40,989 nt of DNA, from IMG/VR virus record IMGVR_UViG_3300044960_000205, positions 1 through 40,989 of that record. One strand, given 5' to 3'. How positions within the stretch are numbered: the stretch's first letter is position 1; each line of letters begins with the position of its first letter. The position numbers were made by a program, and so were the translations under genes. This stretch comes from a virus. Taxonomy: Duplodnaviria > Caudoviricetes. Shown one piece after another: positions 15,734-24,648 of the stretch. The notes under the pieces are model-generated. The model had not been told where the DNA came from and searched no databases. It saw only the letters and a list, made by a program, of their open reading frames with translations.

Positions 15734-17904
15734 GGTTTCTTCGCCATTTGAAGTTGCCAATACGCGAGAAGGATTTGGGCGTCTGTCGGGCTATCCACGC
15801 CACGGCGCTTATACGCTTCCTTGATTGCCTTCCTCGTCGCGCTGTCGATATCGCCCACCTTCATCGTCAGCATGGGGCCTGACGAGTCGGAGAAAAACCC
15901 GCGGAATGTCGCGTTCTTTGCGAACAAGGCATCAAGGTGTTGCGCGACTTCAGCGTCCGTGAACTTCCGTCCAGCTTCGCGTTGCGCAGCGTAGAAGTAC
16001 TGATTGACAAACTGGCGGATCGCGCCGACGCGCGCAGCGTCTTTGCCGCCGTTGTCCTTCGGCGTGGGGTCGATGCCGATCATGCGCAGCCGGTTGGTGA
16101 GTTCCTGGTTTATGGCTTGGGTGTTCAGGTCGCCGGGGCCGGCATTTCCTTGCGATTTCCCGAGCAGTTTCGCGCGCTCGTTCGCAAAGTGCTTGAAGTC
16201 GGCTTCAGAAAGCGAGGAACGCAGCTTGTAGAACTCCGCGTCGCTCATGCCGGCCAGCGCTTCCGGCTTGCCGGCGAGTCTGGCATAGAGCCACAAGTCT
16301 GTCGTGTCTTCGCCCTTCGCGATCTTGCGGGCAAAATCGATGAGGTTGTCGATTTCCTTCGGCGGCACCGCGGCACGGATACTGGCGGGTAGCGACGCGA
16401 AGCTACCACCGTTTTCAAGGATGGCGCGCATGGCCGTCGCCACGGCCTCGTCTTCCTTTTGTTTGATGGCCTTTGTCTGCTCGTTGTACAGCCGTTCCGC
16501 CACTTCTCTGGCCGCCTTGTAGCGGAACGGGTTGTCCCTCAAGCGCGGGTCAGCGCGCAGCATTTCGTCGATCTCGGCAAACGTCGGCCGGCTTGGGACG
16601 CCCTGTCCGGCTTCGAAGGCGCGCATGTTCTTCGTAACGTAATCGCGAGTCTCCTGCGGCAAAAAATCAAGCCACGTCTGCGCCCGGCCGTCCGGACCTT
16701 TCTCTGCCGACTTTGCGGCCTGTTCGGCCCGTTTGATCGCCTCGGCAAGGCGTCCTGGGCCTGCGTTGTAAGCGGCATAGGCTTTGGCTAGGTCGCCGCC
16801 GTTCTGACGCAACATTTCCTGGAAATAGGCAAGCCCAAGGGCCTTGTTGTACTCTGGGTCGTTTCGGTAGCGGTTTTCGTCCCAAGGCAGCCCAGCCAGT
16901 TTCGCGGCCTCTTTCGCCGTTTCCGGCATGACCTGCGCGATGCCGACGGCCCCCTTCGGGGAAGCAAGCGGGCTTCCATCCGGCGCAAACTGGCGCCCGC
17001 CGGACTCCGCGCTAATCAGGATGTTAAACGCGCGGTCGAGTTCGTTCGGCTGAATCCTTGGCTGCGCCTTCTGCAACGCTTCCTGGGCGGCCGTCATAGC
17101 GACGGTGGCGTCCACAGCCTTAGTGATGTGCCCCTGGACCGTAAGGCGGTCCGCCATATCCATCTGCTCGCCGTACCTCTTCAGGTAGGTGTCTGCGTAG
17201 AGTAAATCGTTGTTCTCCAAGGCAGCCATCAGCGCCTCTTTGTGCGCCCGGCTGGTGAGCTTGAGGACGGCGGCCTCTTGCCACTCCGCGGATTTGCCGA
17301 GTAGCTGCGCTTGGCGGTAAGTCTCGGCCTTGATGCGCTCTATGGCTTTGTCGATGACCTCTGGGTTATTCCAGTTGAGGGCGATTTCCTTCATCGCCGT
17401 GCTCTGCACGCCCTCCGCAACGGACAGCCCGTAGGTCGTGTACTCGCTCGCCATGTGCTGCAGCGCTTGGCTAAGGAACGATGTCCGGATGCTGTTCGCG
17501 TGCGCAACGAACATCTGGCGCTGCGCGTCGTTCGCCAGTGACGCGGCCGCGTCTTCTATTCTCTTCGAGAGTTGTTCTACGTACTCATCCGCCAGCGGCT
17601 TGCCGCTGGGACGCTCCAGCGCGTCGCGGCCCCTGAAGCGCTTGAAGCCGACCTCCGGATCGTAGGTCAGACGCAAAGCCTCTTCCTTGACGCGGTTCAG
17701 TGCATCGTTCACGCGGAGCTGGTCCGCCTGCTGCTGCATGTCGGCGGCGATTCGACCGATATCGGCGCTTGCGTTTTGCAACGCCCGGCCCGTTTGTCGC
17801 GCCTGCTCTCCAGCAACATCCGGCATGGATGGCAGCTCTATGCCGGCGCGGGGAAGCGTGCCTTGTGCTACTTGAGGTTCGTCATAAGTTGGAACGCGGG
17901 GCAT
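15730..17904 (-). CDS. Internal virion protein with lytic transglycosylase (SLT) domain
   Basis: AESGG, SPKGAVGIAQVMPETA, AAYNAGPG and ETRDYV. Confidence 0.88.
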   Translation of the reverse strand: MPRVPTYDEPQVAQGTLPRAGIELPSMPDVAGEQARQTGRALQNASADIGRIAADMQQQADQLRVNDALNRVKEEALRLTYDPEVGFKRFRGRDALERPSGKPLADEYVEQLSKRIEDAAASLANDAQRQMFVAHANSIRTSFLSQALQHMASEYTTYGLSVAEGVQSTAMKEIALNWNNPEVIDKAIERIKAETYRQAQLLGKSAEWQEAAVLKLTSRAHKEALMAALENNDLLYADTYLKRYGEQMDMADRLTVQGHITKAVDATVAMTAAQEALQKAQPRIQPNELDRAFNILISAESGGRQFAPDGSPLASPKGAVGIAQVMPETAKEAAKLAGLPWDENRYRNDPEYNKALGLAYFQEMLRQNGGDLAKAYAAYNAGPGRLAEAIKRAEQAAKSAEKGPDGRAQTWLDFLPQETRDYVTKNMRAFEAGQGVPSRPTFAEIDEMLRADPRLRDNPFRYKAAREVAERLYNEQTKAIKQKEDEAVATAMRAILENGGSFASLPASIRAAVPPKEIDNLIDFARKIAKGEDTTDLWLYARLAGKPEALAGMSDAEFYKLRSSLSEADFKHFANERAKLLGKSQGNAGPGDLNTQAINQELTNRLRMIGIDPTPKDNGGKDAARVGAIRQFVNQYFYAAQREAGRKFTDAEVAQHLDALFAKNATFRGFFSDSSGPMLTMKVGDIDSATRKAIKEAYKRRGVDSPTDAQILLAYWQLQMAKKP

Positions 17905-17908
17905 GGGC

Positions 17909-18529
17909 TCACCATTGCGACGCCAGCATGGCGGTCTGCTGCGAGAACGGATTGGTGCCGTACTCCATCGCCGTTAGCGGATGGAATCCGTGCACACCGC
18001 CGGAAACGTTCTTGCTCAACGCATACCACGAACCAGCCACCTGCCCGGCACTTCCGAGCAACGACGTCATGGCGCTACCAAACGGGCTGATGGCCCTGGC
18101 CGTCGCGCGCCTAACCAGGGCCTCGTTCTGGAAATTGATGGCCTGGTTCCGGTAGCCCCAAGCGTTCAGGATAGCGTTGAGTTCCAGCGTAGTCTTGTCG
18201 ATTTCCTTCATGGTGTCGGCCGAAGCCTGAAGCTCTGCCGCGCTGCCGACACCAAGGTCCACGCCATTCGCAGCCAAGGCGGCGCGTTGTCTTCCCTTGA
18301 GCTGGCCTGCCTTGAGGGTGAGCGACCCGATCTGTCGCTGTCCTTGCATCAACGCGGACTGCGCGCCAAGCTCCGCTATCCTTGCATTGATGTCGGCCAC
18401 CCCCGCCTGGCCGGAAAGCATGGCTTTTTGCGTTGCAGCACCGTAGTAGCTGCCGATTGAGGAGGTAAGCGCCCCGCCAACGGAGCCGATCAACGAGGCC
18501 GTAGCAAGCGGAGATGCGGAAAAACCCAT
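17909..18529 (-). CDS. Internal virion protein (T7 gp14-like)
   Basis: Gly/Ala-rich, QRAALAANGVD motif; position after the tail nozzle gene. Confidence 0.7.
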   Translation of the reverse strand: MGFSASPLATASLIGSVGGALTSSIGSYYGAATQKAMLSGQAGVADINARIAELGAQSALMQGQRQIGSLTLKAGQLKGRQRAALAANGVDLGVGSAAELQASADTMKEIDKTTLELNAILNAWGYRNQAINFQNEALVRRATARAISPFGSAMTSLLGSAGQVAGSWYALSKNVSGGVHGFHPLTAMEYGTNPFSQQTAMLASQW

Positions 18530-18557
18530 ACGGCACCTCAGTTGTCTGTCAATCTAA

Positions 18558-18586
18558 ATGATAACGCAACGCCAAGGCGGCACGCA
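18558..18586 (-). promoter_or_regulatory. Late promoter motif copy (TGCGTG-N14-CGT-TATCAT)
   Basis: Same motif and spacing as at 23981, 29377 and 31992. Confidence 0.55.
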
Positions 18587-18588
18587 TG

Positions 18589-20637
18589 TTAACCACCCAA
18601 CGCCACTTCTGCCGTGATGCTCAACACGGTCAACGGCAGCGGATCATACTGCCGCACGAAAATTTGCCCGCTGTCTCCCCAAGACGGAACGACCACGACA
18701 GCCACCTCCTCACTCTTCAACCTTGGCGGCACGCCATAATTCTCGGTCGTGCGCTGCTTGACCTCGGTCAAATGATTTGCATCGGGACCGACGAAGATCC
18801 CCGACGAACGGTACACCCGCAGCCACGCCTTGTTCACGTTCTTAAATCGTCCTTGGCCGAAACTACCGTCGTTGATCATCAAGGCCATTGGAAGCGTTTG
18901 TAGGTCTGCCTGAATCGGCAGGCCGACCTGCACGACGCTTGCAGCCACGTCCAGCGTGATACTGCCGCTGGTGACGACCCGCTGCGGATGCACGGCACCG
19001 TCAGCTAGGATGCTGACGGTCTTGCCCTCCAAATGAGAGAGCCCGCTGATCGTCGTTGCCGGCGGCCCGGAGTAGGTCAGACCGGAGTCAACAAAGAAAG
19101 CGTCTTCCTGCTCGACAAACTGCCGGGACCCCATGCGCTCGACGTAGCGCTTGACTTGGTTATTGATCGTCCGGCGGACAACGCAGTAGAGAACGTCTTC
19201 TGCGCCCTCGGCGACAACTGCACACGACTCGAACACCCCGTCCGTGTCGTGCCAGTGCCAAGCGCCCACCTGCTGCTCCGGGACGTAGGTGAGGCCAAGG
19301 AGACGACCGGAGGACGACACGAACCACACGATCGGTAGGGGCGCCTTGGCGTAGGCCATGTCTACAATGTCAAAGGTGTCGAACAGATGCGAAGCGCGCA
19401 GCGACAGGTCGCCGGTGACAAAGCCGTTTGCTTGCCAGTTGTAGGCCAGCTCGCGTACGTGCCCGCCGCGTGCCGCTGCGTAGAGCAGGGTGTTGTTGAT
19501 GATCACGGGCTGGACGTTGGATGCCCCGACGTAGGACTGCGGCCGCACGCTGATGCTGCTCGGTGTGATCGCGTCGGAGTTAACGGAGGTAACCCGCCAC
19601 TCCGCGGACGACGTGAGCAGGAGCAGTTGGCTGAGCGGAACAATGTGGCGAATGGTGTTGGCTTCGCGTGCAGCGATCCGGAAGGAAATACGGTCGTCGT
19701 CCCTGACAGGGATCGAATAGCTCATATCGCTTTCCGTGCCGCTTCTGGTCATCCAAATTTGCTGCGGCTTGTTGATCGTGCCGGCGAAGCACCGCCGCTG
19801 CTCGAAGTAGGACACCGCACCAGGATAGTTACCTGAAGAGTTGAACACGGTGTCGTAGATTGGCGGCGTCTTTGACAGGTCCGGAGCGATGTTGTCATCG
19901 ATGATCGACGTGCCCGTGGTCTGGCCGATGTAGCCGAACAACCCGCCCTGAAGCTTGTAGACATTGTAACGCGACGCGCCGGTCACCGCGTTCCAGCTTA
20001 TCGTGTTCCAGCGACCGTTCGTATACAGGTTGTTCGTGCAGGACGCTTCGCTCGATGCGACCGATTCCGAGATGCCATCCGCGGCTATCGCGGTTACGAC
20101 GTATCGGTAAGTGTAGGTCGAATCGGCGGCGTTCGGCGTCGCCGACACCCCGGTCGGCGCGGCCACCGGCGACGAGAACGAGATGGTCGTGAGCTGCCAG
20201 TTGAGCGGGCCAAGCCGACGCAGCTCCCTTGGCGCATAGCTCGGATGCACCAGGGTCAACACGTCCGCCGACTGGACGTAATGGATATCGAACAGGTCGG
20301 CCTCGGCATAGGGGTTGGCGATCTCGTAGGGCACGCTTCCGTTCATGAGCGTCGCGCCCATCGTGTGGAAGCGGAAGTAGCCCGCGCCCATTTCGATCAC
20401 CATGGTCTGCGTCGTCGAGTACGTGAAGGGGAGTAACCGAACCTTCTTCGTGGAATCCTTCACCTCGCGCACGAAGGCGAATCCGGGGCGGTTTTCCACA
20501 GGGCCTTGCGGCTTGACGATGAAATTACGACAGCGTGCGAGTCCGGTCTGGTACTTGCCGTCATCAATGCGCCCGAACATTTCCGGGCTGATCTCCCCGC
20601 CGGCAAACGAGCGCTGAAACACACGGACGTTAGGCAT
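18589..20637 (-). CDS. Tail tubular protein B (nozzle)
   Basis: SFAGGEISP N-terminus, YPGAVSYFEQR; 682 aa; synteny. Confidence 0.85.
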   Translation of the reverse strand: MPNVRVFQRSFAGGEISPEMFGRIDDGKYQTGLARCRNFIVKPQGPVENRPGFAFVREVKDSTKKVRLLPFTYSTTQTMVIEMGAGYFRFHTMGATLMNGSVPYEIANPYAEADLFDIHYVQSADVLTLVHPSYAPRELRRLGPLNWQLTTISFSSPVAAPTGVSATPNAADSTYTYRYVVTAIAADGISESVASSEASCTNNLYTNGRWNTISWNAVTGASRYNVYKLQGGLFGYIGQTTGTSIIDDNIAPDLSKTPPIYDTVFNSSGNYPGAVSYFEQRRCFAGTINKPQQIWMTRSGTESDMSYSIPVRDDDRISFRIAAREANTIRHIVPLSQLLLLTSSAEWRVTSVNSDAITPSSISVRPQSYVGASNVQPVIINNTLLYAAARGGHVRELAYNWQANGFVTGDLSLRASHLFDTFDIVDMAYAKAPLPIVWFVSSSGRLLGLTYVPEQQVGAWHWHDTDGVFESCAVVAEGAEDVLYCVVRRTINNQVKRYVERMGSRQFVEQEDAFFVDSGLTYSGPPATTISGLSHLEGKTVSILADGAVHPQRVVTSGSITLDVAASVVQVGLPIQADLQTLPMALMINDGSFGQGRFKNVNKAWLRVYRSSGIFVGPDANHLTEVKQRTTENYGVPPRLKSEEVAVVVVPSWGDSGQIFVRQYDPLPLTVLSITAEVALGG

Positions 20638-20640
20638 CGC

Positions 20641-21246
20641 TCACCTTGCTGCGATCCAAGACGGCTTGTGCTCGGTCTGGAGCTTGCGCTGGTTAGCGTC
20701 GGATACCCGGGCCGCGGAGAGCGCCAACATGAAGCTCTGCATGCACATCCTAGCCATCGCAGCGCCGGCATCGCCCTTGATCACCGGCCCGGCAAGATAA
20801 GACGCCAGCAACCACGCCAATGCGTCAACGAACAACGGATTGAAGCGCGTCGTGTCCGTCACGCGAGCAACGTAGCGCGCCGTCGCCTTTTCCTGGTTGG
20901 TGAGGATCGTTATCGTGCCGTCTTGCGCGCTCTCGATCTCATAGGGCTGCGTAGCTGCATCGTTCGGAGCAGTGTCCGGCAGAACAGCAAGGATCTTCAC
21001 CGCGTCCGCCGGGGCCGCGTAAGCGTACGCCCACGTCCAAGAAGGTGCGACGAGTTGCGCAAGCACGACCCTCCGCGTCGCGAACGACCAGGGGTGCATC
21101 TCCAGTAGCAAGTCCCTGGCAATGGGGTAGAAGCGCGCGCAATGCTCCGCTTGCGCCGACCCCTCCGGTGGGTTGATGCTCGACACAGAAGCGACATCGC
21201 CGAGACGGGCGAGCGCCAGATTGCAGATATCGACTTCTGAAGCCAT
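20641..21246 (-). CDS. Tail tubular protein A (adaptor)
   Basis: SEVDICNLALARLG, HPWSFA and FVDALAWLLA. Confidence 0.85.
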   Translation of the reverse strand: MASEVDICNLALARLGDVASVSSINPPEGSAQAEHCARFYPIARDLLLEMHPWSFATRRVVLAQLVAPSWTWAYAYAAPADAVKILAVLPDTAPNDAATQPYEIESAQDGTITILTNQEKATARYVARVTDTTRFNPLFVDALAWLLASYLAGPVIKGDAGAAMARMCMQSFMLALSAARVSDANQRKLQTEHKPSWIAAR

Positions 21247-21257
21247 AGCGCGCCTCT

Positions 21258-21283
21258 AAAAAAGCGGGGGCGCTAGGCCCCCG
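21258..21283 (-). terminator. Rho-independent terminator after the capsid genes
   Basis: Minus strand reads CGGGGGC-CTAGC-GCCCCCG-C-TTTTTT. Confidence 0.8.
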
Positions 21284-21313
21284 AACCGTGCACGCAACAC
21301 GAGGAGGAAACGC

Positions 21314-21511
21314 TTAAACAAGCCCCTCATCGGCGGGAGGCGCCTTTCGGCCACCTCTGCGCGGCGCTTCGACAGGGGCGACGGCGGCGGTTTCCGTGCC
21401 CTCCACCGGCGCCAAGTTGCCAGAAGCCGCGCCGTCGTACTCGACAATCTCGTCGGGTTCGACGATCCGGTTGCCGATGAACGACTTCTGCAAAACGCGA
21501 TACTTAGGCAT
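21314..21511 (-). CDS. Small hypothetical capsid-region protein, 65 aa
   Basis: GAGG RBS; MPKYRVLQKSFIGNRIVEP. Confidence 0.7.
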   Translation of the reverse strand: MPKYRVLQKSFIGNRIVEPDEIVEYDGAASGNLAPVEGTETAAVAPVEAPRRGGRKAPPADEGLV

Positions 21512-21519
21512 CGCTCACC

Positions 21520-21984
21520 TCACAGCACGGAGAAGCCGGACGGATAGAACGACTGACCGTCCTGAGTTTCGAGGCCGAAGTCGGTGACGAAAGCCCCCGC
21601 CGTACCCGTGCCGGTGATCACGTAACGCACCCCAAGGTAGCGCTGCCCTTTGTCCCTAACCCGCGGGTTGACGGCCGCGACAAAGCGCGACCCCGCAGTG
21701 AGCTTGGCCACCGGGATCGCACCCGTGCTTCCGACGACGGTCACGTTGGACGTGAGCGCCGCATCGTCCGCCTGGATGGCCTGGATCTCGATGGCAGTCG
21801 CGCCGGCCACGGTGGTCACCACTTGGCTGCGGAGCACGACCCCCTCCCCTTGGCCAATATCGCGGTTTTGCAGCAGGTCGATGACGTTGGTGGACAGCAC
21901 GTTGCCGGTACCGGTAACAGTCTGCCCAGTGACATTGTTTCCGGAGATGGAGCCGGAAACCAGAAGACCGCTATCAACAAACAT
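21520..21984 (-). CDS. Capsid cement/decoration protein (Bbp16-like)
   Basis: STNVIDL..RDIGQG..QRYLGVRY; directly after the major capsid gene. Confidence 0.8.
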   Translation of the reverse strand: MFVDSGLLVSGSISGNNVTGQTVTGTGNVLSTNVIDLLQNRDIGQGEGVVLRSQVVTTVAGATAIEIQAIQADDAALTSNVTVVGSTGAIPVAKLTAGSRFVAAVNPRVRDKGQRYLGVRYVITGTGTAGAFVTDFGLETQDGQSFYPSGFSVL

Positions 21985-22002
21985 GGTACGCTCCTTTCAC
22001 CG

Positions 22003-23010
22003 TTACACGACACGAGCTTCGGTATTCAAAATCGCGTCCACCTTGCGCAGCGGAACGCCCAGGAACTCCAGCCAGCGCATCGGAGTGCCGAACTGCGACA
22101 GGCCCTCCTGCACGGAGATGGCGTTCTGGCTCTTGATGAGCGCCTGCACGCGCATCATCGAGAACACCGTGCGGTTCATATAGAACGCGGCGCGGCCCAT
22201 CGAGAAGTTCGGCACGCGATCCATCGCGCGGCTCATCAGCTTGAGGATGTCCGCCGCGCCGGTCTCGCCGACCAGGTTGTTGACGTCGATGTTCGCGATT
22301 CGCACCGCATACCGCCAATCCTTGACGACCAAACCGTTCTTCCACTGGTAGTGGGTTTGGTAGGCCTTATACGGGTTGCCGTTCGCGTCGTAGATGGTCA
22401 GGATGCCGTCGTCCTCCGCGACGAGGCCCGCCTTGGAGCCCTTCGGGAACGTGCAGAACACGCTCTGCTCGCCCCACACCACCAGCCAAATGGAGGTGTT
22501 GGCGCTGCCCGTGCCGCCGCCGTCGAGGATGTTCTGCCCGTTGTCGGCGCCGGTCTTCACGCTATATCGCGCGGCCAGGCCAAGGTATTGACGCGGATCG
22601 CTCGCCGGGTTGCCATAGAACATGGTCTGCGCTTGGGCCTGGTTCATGGCCTCCAGGAAGGCCACGTCCTCGGACAGCCGGAAGGCCGCAGTGTTGCCGT
22701 TGAGTTCCGCCAAGTCCTTGTCCACGGCGCTGTAGGCCTCCAGCATCCCACAGGACTCATCGACCTGCACCGTGGTGCTCTTGGAGCGGGGAACGCCCTG
22801 GTTGAGCGACCGCCAGTAAACCGCGGGCAGACCGGTGCGCACCGTGACACGATGCCCGGTCGGCAGGTTGCCCTCGATGAAGACGGCGTCTTCAAGAATC
22901 TCGTTCGTCTGGCTCAGAATCTCGGCGATTTTCGCTTCGACCTTGCCCTCCGGATCGAGACGCTTCGCCCAATCGGCGAGAGTGAGTTGACCACTGTTGA
23001 GCAGAGGCAT
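22003..23010 (-). CDS. Major capsid protein
   Basis: LTLADWAKR, TVRTGLP, DWRYAVRIANID and DAILNTEARVV; AGGAG RBS. Confidence 0.9.
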   Translation of the reverse strand: MPLLNSGQLTLADWAKRLDPEGKVEAKIAEILSQTNEILEDAVFIEGNLPTGHRVTVRTGLPAVYWRSLNQGVPRSKSTTVQVDESCGMLEAYSAVDKDLAELNGNTAAFRLSEDVAFLEAMNQAQAQTMFYGNPASDPRQYLGLAARYSVKTGADNGQNILDGGGTGSANTSIWLVVWGEQSVFCTFPKGSKAGLVAEDDGILTIYDANGNPYKAYQTHYQWKNGLVVKDWRYAVRIANIDVNNLVGETGAADILKLMSRAMDRVPNFSMGRAAFYMNRTVFSMMRVQALIKSQNAISVQEGLSQFGTPMRWLEFLGVPLRKVDAILNTEARVV

Positions 23011-23025
23011 GCTAGTCTCCTTTCA

Positions 23026-23670
23026 CTACTTCAGATCACTGTTAGGATAAAGCGAGCGGATATCGCCTGTGGGGCTTGCCGTGCGACGACCGCCCACGAC
23101 GGTATCCTCGCTCAACCGCTTCCCGGCCCGGTAAAACACCCGAATCACTTCCGGGTGGTTCCCAAGACCGGTTTCATCCAGCAGCTTGCGCAGCTCCGGC
23201 GTGGCAAGCTCATCGAGCGCTTTCTTCGCCACGGCCAAGTGCTCGGCGATCTTCTCCCCGCCGAACTCTTTGTCGGCCACCGAAGCCTGTACCCAGGACT
23301 CCGACAAGGCCTTGAGCTGTTCGGCTTGGCGCGCGGCGAAGACCGGCGCCATCTTGTCGATCACCTTCTGCGCGGCATCCTGCGGCAAGGCAAGCTCTTT
23401 GGCGACCTCGGAAAACGCGCCGAGCACGGCGTCGTCGAGCCGCAAGCCCTCGGGCGCGCGGAATTCGTATTTCTCCGGCACACTCGGCTTGCTCTCCTGG
23501 TCACCGCCAAGCTTCGCGGTCTCGGCTTTCCCACCGCCCGCGTCTTGCACAGCAGTTGCCTGCTGCTTTTCGCCGCTTTCGCCGGCTTGGCCGGCCTCGG
23601 CGGCTTCGGCTGATGCGATGCCTTCAGTGGTCTTTGCGGCTTCCGTCATCAATGTTTGCTCGGTTGTCAT
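23026..23670 (-). CDS. Capsid scaffolding protein
   Basis: Acidic, PEKYEF, GLGNHPEVIR, ends in LYP; precedes the capsid gene. Confidence 0.8.
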   Translation of the reverse strand: MTTEQTLMTEAAKTTEGIASAEAAEAGQAGESGEKQQATAVQDAGGGKAETAKLGGDQESKPSVPEKYEFRAPEGLRLDDAVLGAFSEVAKELALPQDAAQKVIDKMAPVFAARQAEQLKALSESWVQASVADKEFGGEKIAEHLAVAKKALDELATPELRKLLDETGLGNHPEVIRVFYRAGKRLSEDTVVGGRRTASPTGDIRSLYPNSDLK

Positions 23671-23974
23671 GCAAATGTTCCCTCACCATTACATGATAAA
23701 GCTCAGGGCAAAGCGTGTGGATCAACGCCTGCGTGTACAGGCCCTCGTTTTTTCTGCCCTCGTTGAACGCCATCATCATCGCGTTGGTGTTGAACGAGAG
23801 CTTGAACATCCCAGCACGATCCAAGATGCGCCACACGATGCGACGCCCCCACTTGCAGCTCATGAGCCGCTTGAAGTCCGCCTCCTCCGTCTCCCGCTTC
23901 AGTTTTGCGCGTAGGTCTGCATCGGCCTTTTCGCGCTCCTGACTGCGGATATCGGTCGGGTCGTAGTTGCCCAT
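23624..23974 (-). CDS. Conserved head-region protein (Bbp19-like)
   Basis: GRRIVWRIL..AG..SF..MAFNEGRK pattern. Confidence 0.75.
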   Translation of the reverse strand: MGNYDPTDIRSQEREKADADLRAKLKRETEEADFKRLMSCKWGRRIVWRILDRAGMFKLSFNTNAMMMAFNEGRKNEGLYTQALIHTLCPELYHVMVREHLHDNRANIDDGSRKDH

Positions 23975-23980
23975 GTGCTT

Positions 23981-24009
23981 ATTCTAACAGCCGTTTCGCA
24001 AAGCGCGCA
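23981..24009 (-). promoter_or_regulatory. Late promoter motif copy (TGCGCG-N14-TGT-TAGAAT), 6 nt before ATG
   Basis: Extended -10 with conserved upstream hexamer. Confidence 0.6.
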
Positions 24010-24012
24010 AAC

Positions 24013-24648
24013 TCACCGTTCTGCCACCACCACCCCACTCAAGAGCCTCTGGATCGAGGCGAGGGGTACCGCAAAGGCGAGATAGGGGACGGGCGTGCCT
24101 TGGTGGGAGAACACTTGACTCGTGATGCCGACCAAGCGCCACTCGCCGCCCTGGTAAACGAAAAGCCCGCCACCAGAATTCCCCGGTGAAACTTGGGCCG
24201 TGTAGGCCGCCAGCCCGCGGCGAGTCGCCCCCTGGTATCGGCCATAGGTTACGACCTGTAGCCTCAGCACATCGCCGTAGGGGTAGCCGATGGCGATCAC
24301 TTCCTCGTCCAGACTTGGCAGGCTCGTGGCAATAGGTACCGCCGGCGCCGGAGCGGTCGTTCCGAGCAGCGCCAGGTCATCTTCGCATTGTTTCTTCAGC
24401 GGAAGAGCAGGATACCTATTCTGCCCGATCCAAAGCCATATCGCCTTCATGTTTTCAATCACGTGGCAGTTGGTAATCGCAACGCCACGACCGACCATGA
24501 CGGCGCTTCCCGTACCATCATCCACCTCCACCATGACCACGGAGGCCCGTGGAGGCGCAGCGGTCGCGCCGGCATACGCCTGGAGGCCGATTACCGTGAG
24601 GAGAACAGCAACCAAGCATGACAGCGTGTTTGCGTGCTTAGACTTCAT
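24013..24648 (-). CDS. Trypsin-like (S1) serine protease with N-terminal signal/TM segment
   Basis: Catalytic triad motifs TNCHV, DLALL and PGNSGG; GGAGG RBS. Confidence 0.85.
   Translation of the reverse strand: MKSKHANTLSCLVAVLLTVIGLQAYAGATAAPPRASVVMVEVDDGTGSAVMVGRGVAITNCHVIENMKAIWLWIGQNRYPALPLKKQCEDDLALLGTTAPAPAVPIATSLPSLDEEVIAIGYPYGDVLRLQVVTYGRYQGATRRGLAAYTAQVSPGNSGGGLFVYQGGEWRLVGITSQVFSHQGTPVPYLAFAVPLASIQRLLSGVVVAER

Noticed and set aside
21823-23613. Long antisense ORFs (for example 21823-23613, 13928-15406, 29825-30775)
   Set aside because: These are shadow frames of well-supported genes on the opposite strand in high-GC DNA, with no recognisable motifs.
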